Below, piece by piece: positions 60,489 to 64,000 of a stretch of 64,000 nt of DNA. Both the position numbers and the translations under genes were made by a program. Every line of letters starts with the position of its first letter. The stretch's first letter is position 1. The notes under the pieces are model-generated. The model saw only the letters and a program-made list of their open reading frames with translations. It was not told the origin of the DNA and did not search any database. The stretch lies in contig DEBC01000089.1 of the NCBI GenBank assembly GCA_002348365.1, positions 7,794-71,793 of the forward strand, in the 5' to 3' direction. Origin of the DNA: Alphaproteobacteria bacterium UBA2966 (GTDB lineage: Bacteria; Pseudomonadota; Alphaproteobacteria; UBA2966).

Positions 60489-62033
60489 ATGGGGAAAATG
60501 ATACGCGGCTATCCGGCAACATCGGATCGCTCGAGAGGGTGGCTCCGCTACCTTTATCGCAAGGCGACGACGCCCGACGATTGGGACAAGAACGGCCAGC
60601 CGCACCCGCACTGGGACGACGTGACCAACGAGCCGTTGGCGTCATGGCACCGCATGGATTTGGTGAGAACCAGTTTTGCGATGCCGCTGTTGGCGAACCG
60701 CACCCCGGCATGGCGCGAAGTCTATGGCCGCATCCTGGACGAATTGGTCACTCGATTCACCAGTTACTGGATGGCCAAGGACTGGCTCGATCAGATCGGC
60801 GACGATCCGAAACGTGATCAGTACCCGGAGGAATGGTACCGGGTCTTGATCCCGCCGTTCCTTCGCGGCAACTATGACGTGCCCGGCTGGACTGCCAACG
60901 GTGTCGAGCCGTGGGGCCTGCAAAATGACCCAATTGCCGCCGACGGCGCGCTGTTCATCAAGGGTGATTTCCTGATGGTGCTGGGTTTCCATCTCTATGT
61001 CACCGGCGACGAGAAGTGGAACCGGCCCTTTGACATGATTCGTAACGGCGCCGACACGTTCTCCTGGACCCATACGGGGATCGCCGAGTACCTGTTCTCG
61101 CAGATGGCCAAACGGCCAGAGGGGATACACTGCGAGAACACCAAGATCTGGCCCATGTGAATGGTCCGCGCGGGGCTCGGTCTGGGCCTCCACGACGCGC
61201 TCTACGGCAGCGATTTTCTGCCTGCCTTCGATGCCTTTTGGGATTATGCGAAACGGCACTACAACCGCATCGAGGGTGGCAAAATTCTTGGCTCACCTAC
61301 GATGTACTACGACCCGTTGATACCCTGCTACCATCCTATCGGTGAAGCTCACAACTTTTCGTTTGGCACGGCCCACGGTGTGATGCCGTTGTACCTTGAT
61401 GACGCGCGTGCGCTGTATGAAGACGCCATCAATAAATTGAAGTGGCGCGAGATGGCCTTTAGCGGATCTGAAAACGGAGATGGGGAGGCTGACGGGGATC
61501 CGATGGCGTCATTCGTCCTACTGATGGGTCAGTTCCTGGCCCGCGAATTCGGCGATGAGGCCCTCCACGCAAAGCTCAAGATCCGTTCAGACGCTCAAGA
61601 CGAACCGAACTGGGATCCCGAGACCGGTGAACTCACGTGGCGATTCGGGCTCGACGAGCCGCATCCGAGAGGTCAAATGAACGCGACCGCCGCCCTGGCC
61701 GATGCGGCGGGGCCCAGTGCCTGGGCCGATTTGATTCAACGGCCGCATCAGCAGAGATTCCTGGAGCCGACGGTCCATGGCGTCGATTTCCCCAAGGTCT
61801 GCCTGTCCCAGGCGAGCTACGACGCCGAGCGGCGGCTGCTGGCGATCGCAACGGACGCCGGCGCACCCAACGCGGCGGGAGAACCGACGACATTCCGCAT
61901 CACCAATGTCGATCCGGATCGCTGCACCATTGAGGCCGACGGCGTGATGTCGGACAGATGGCGCGCTGTCGAAGGGGATATAGAAGTCTCGACCACAGTC
62001 GGTGAGCACACTTTTGTCGTCCGCTTGAACTGA
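60489..62033 (+). CDS. Linalool dehydratase/isomerase-like protein, putative selenoprotein (514 aa, Sec224)
   Basis: ORFs 60489..61160 and 61161..62033 are in frame, joined by one TGA in GIHCENTKIWPM-U-MVRAGLGL, matching the C-E-x7-C dyad of Ldi; SECIS-like hairpin follows. Confidence 0.72.
61168..61200 (+). promoter_or_regulatory. Putative bacterial SECIS element
   Basis: Stem GGGGCUC/GGGCCUC (61172-61190) with loop GGUCU starting 19 nt after the UGA; possible lower GCGC/GCGC stem. Confidence 0.65.
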
Positions 62034-62382
62034 GCCGGGTGTTCGGCACCCAGGGCCGCACGCCACTTCCACTCCTGGCTAAATCGAGCCAATTACGTAG
62101 GCCAGAGAAAGCATCAGCTTAACGGTGAACAGCAGACGTTTAGCCCGACTCTGTCTGGTTAACCCCGGAAAGCGGAGAAGAACACGGCTTGTATTCGGAG
62201 ACGGATTCTGGTTTCGGCGCACGCTGTATATCGGGTCACTGTTTCATTCCCGGAGGCATAACATATTGCCAAGGTTTTGATTGCTGCCCTACCCTGAAGC
62301 AGCTTAGTTGCCCTCCCTCGTCAACTGGGGACTGGGAGTATGCTCGCCGAGGCACCGAACCAGATTTGGATGGTGATGAACC

Positions 62383-63393
62383 ATGGCCGAAATAGCCACG
62401 GACAAAGAAGTCCGTGAAAGAATCGAGGATTGGTCGCCAGAGGTTCCAATAAAAGAACCTCCCGTTTTCGTCTGGCCGCCCAGACCAAGGGCTTTCATGA
62501 AGTATGTCTTCGGATATCCGGGCTACTTTCTGCCCCGCAACATTCAGTACATGATTCTTGCGCTTCTCACTTGGTTCTATCTGACCCCCGATATGGCGAC
62601 CATGAAGACGTTCCAGCTCGACTGGATCGCGTGGATTTATGGGCGCAACCTCGCCTTGATGTTGCTTGTCTTTGGCGGCTGGCACCTGCGCTTTTATGTA
62701 TTCAAGGCTCAAGGCACCGCATACAAGTTCAACAAGAACTGGCCGGAGCCGAAACATCGGCGCTTCCTTTTTGGGCACCAGGTCCGGGACAACATGTTCT
62801 GGAGCTTGGTTAGCGGATGCGGCATCTGGACGGCCTATGAAGTGGTGACGCTTTGGGCATTCGCCAACGCGTACATCCCGTATCTCCATTGGGAAACCAG
62901 CCCTGTCTGGTTCGTCATTCTATTCCTGGCCTTGCCATACTTAAGGGACGCCCATTTTTATCTTGTTCATCGCCTGCTGCACACGCGGGCGCTGTATCGT
63001 TCGGTTCACTATCTGCACCATAAGAATGTGAACATCGGCCCGTGGTCGGGCCTGGCGATGCACCCGGTTGAGCATTTGCTGTATTTCTCGGCGATCCTTT
63101 TGCATTGGGTCGTGATATCGCACCCGATCCATGCAATCTTCAACATCCAGGCGACCGGCTTGGTTCCGGCGATCGCTCATGCCGGGTTCGACAAGTACCT
63201 GTTTGCCGGGGAAAAGGCGCTGCCTCTTGGTCAGCGTTACTTCCATTTTCTCCATCACAAGTACTTCGAGTGTAATTACGGGGCCGATCATTCCGTGCCG
63301 ATGGACAAGTGGTTCGGCTCTCTGCATGACGGCACACCCGAAGCCGACGCCCTGATGAAGGAACGCCGCAGGAGGGCACACGCCCCAGCTTGA
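62383..63393 (+). CDS. Sterol desaturase / fatty acid hydroxylase family protein
   Basis: His boxes HRLLH, HYLHH, HFLHH; MHPVEH; TM segments. Confidence 0.88.
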   Translation: MAEIATDKEVRERIEDWSPEVPIKEPPVFVWPPRPRAFMKYVFGYPGYFLPRNIQYMILALLTWFYLTPDMATMKTFQLDWIAWIYGRNLALMLLVFGGWHLRFYVFKAQGTAYKFNKNWPEPKHRRFLFGHQVRDNMFWSLVSGCGIWTAYEVVTLWAFANAYIPYLHWETSPVWFVILFLALPYLRDAHFYLVHRLLHTRALYRSVHYLHHKNVNIGPWSGLAMHPVEHLLYFSAILLHWVVISHPIHAIFNIQATGLVPAIAHAGFDKYLFAGEKALPLGQRYFHFLHHKYFECNYGADHSVPMDKWFGSLHDGTPEADALMKERRRRAHAPA

Positions 63394-63568
63394 ACTTTCA
63401 CTTGAGCGCTAGGGCAACTGTAATACTCAATGACATTCTTCATTCTGAATGTCGCCTGATGGCTATCAGCGGACTTATTGATCAGATCGTCAAACTGTCT
63501 GTTTGAACTCCGGAAGCGGACTTGACGGCCTTGCGGTCAGCGGGTCGAAAGTTCAAGTCCGCTCCGCA

Positions 63569-63589
63569 GCTCCATTTGTCGCCGGTTCC
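63569..63589 (+). repeat. 21-bp direct repeat, right copy
   Basis: Identical to 60246-60266; 2 nt from the LysR stop codon. Confidence 0.9.
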
Positions 63590-63591
63590 GC

Positions 63592-64000
63592 CTAAGTCTT
63601 CGCTTGCGTGTATTCGCGACCATATTCGCGGGCGACGTCGATGAACCTCTCCGTCAGCACCGAGTCGTCGTCCGAGCGGCAAGCGACGCCGCAATCCATG
63701 TAAAGCTCCTGATTTGGATCCATGATGGGTACGAAGGCCGCACCCGGGGGACCGAACCGTCCCAGGGAAGCGGGACAGAGCGTCACGCCGAAGCCCGACG
63801 CGATCAACGTTACCGCGTTGTGGAGGCGGTCCACCTCTCGTACATCGTTTGGGATGAAGCCGGCCCAACGACAGGCGTAGAGGACGAGCGCGCGATGACC
63901 GGTTTCCTGGCGAGAGGGCCGAACCAGGAACGTCTCATCATGGAGCCGCCGTAAGTTGATCTCAGCATCCCCGGCCAGGGGATGGTCGGTCGACAACACG
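63592..64000 (-). CDS. LysR family regulator, C-terminal part (runs off the window)
   Basis: DHPLA..LHDETF..ACRWAGFIP..LIASGFGVTLCP. Confidence 0.8.
   Translation of the reverse strand, partial: VLSTDHPLAGDAEINLRRLHDETFLVRPSRQETGHRALVLYACRWAGFIPNDVREVDRLHNAVTLIASGFGVTLCPASLGRFGPPGAAFVPIMDPNQELYMDCGVACRSDDDSVLTERFIDVAREYGREYTQAKT

Larger units (their letters stand above)
60246..63589. mobile_element. Putative inserted two-gene cassette (Ldi-like gene plus desaturase)
   Basis: Exact 21-bp flanking direct repeats, GGACTTG/CAAGTCC inverted 8 nt inside each end; no recombinase gene inside. Confidence 0.55.

Noticed and set aside
61161..62033. Independent gene starting at ATG 61161 (split two-subunit enzyme)
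   Set aside because: There is no RBS before it, and the break falls exactly on a predicted catalytic residue; readthrough or a nonsense mutation explains it better.
62189..62395. Cys-rich 68-aa ORF or structured leader before the desaturase
   Set aside because: TTG start, atypical composition, overlap with the next gene and no recognisable RNA motif.

Overview
64 kb of a GC-rich alphaproteobacterial chromosome (gene order suggests Rhodospirillales-like; inference). Core blocks: metX-metW, chorismate mutase-hisC-tyrA, class II nrdJ, ftsEX-gmhB-ydcF-plsC, hpt, argH-lptM-lysA-TIGR02302, mcd-pduO-etfBA-hbd, gluQ, alkA, coq7-dsbB-yqaA and tRNA-Leu(CAA). These alternate with accessory catabolic genes, seven of which carry stops, frameshifts or deletions. 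The strongest signal is at 60489-62033. Two in-frame ORFs join across a single TGA (61158-61160) that sits at the position of the second catalytic Cys of linalool dehydratase/isomerase (C-E-x7-C). The TGA is followed by a hairpin whose GGUCU loop lies at the same +19 offset as in the E. coli fdhF SECIS, so this is a candidate selenocysteine-containing Ldi-family enzyme. It lies with a sterol-desaturase-family gene in a 3.3 kb segment bounded by exact 21-bp direct repeats, with pairs of 24-25 bp palindromic sites at each gene boundary, which suggests a mobile gene-cassette architecture. Family calls come from motif recognition only; no searches were run.
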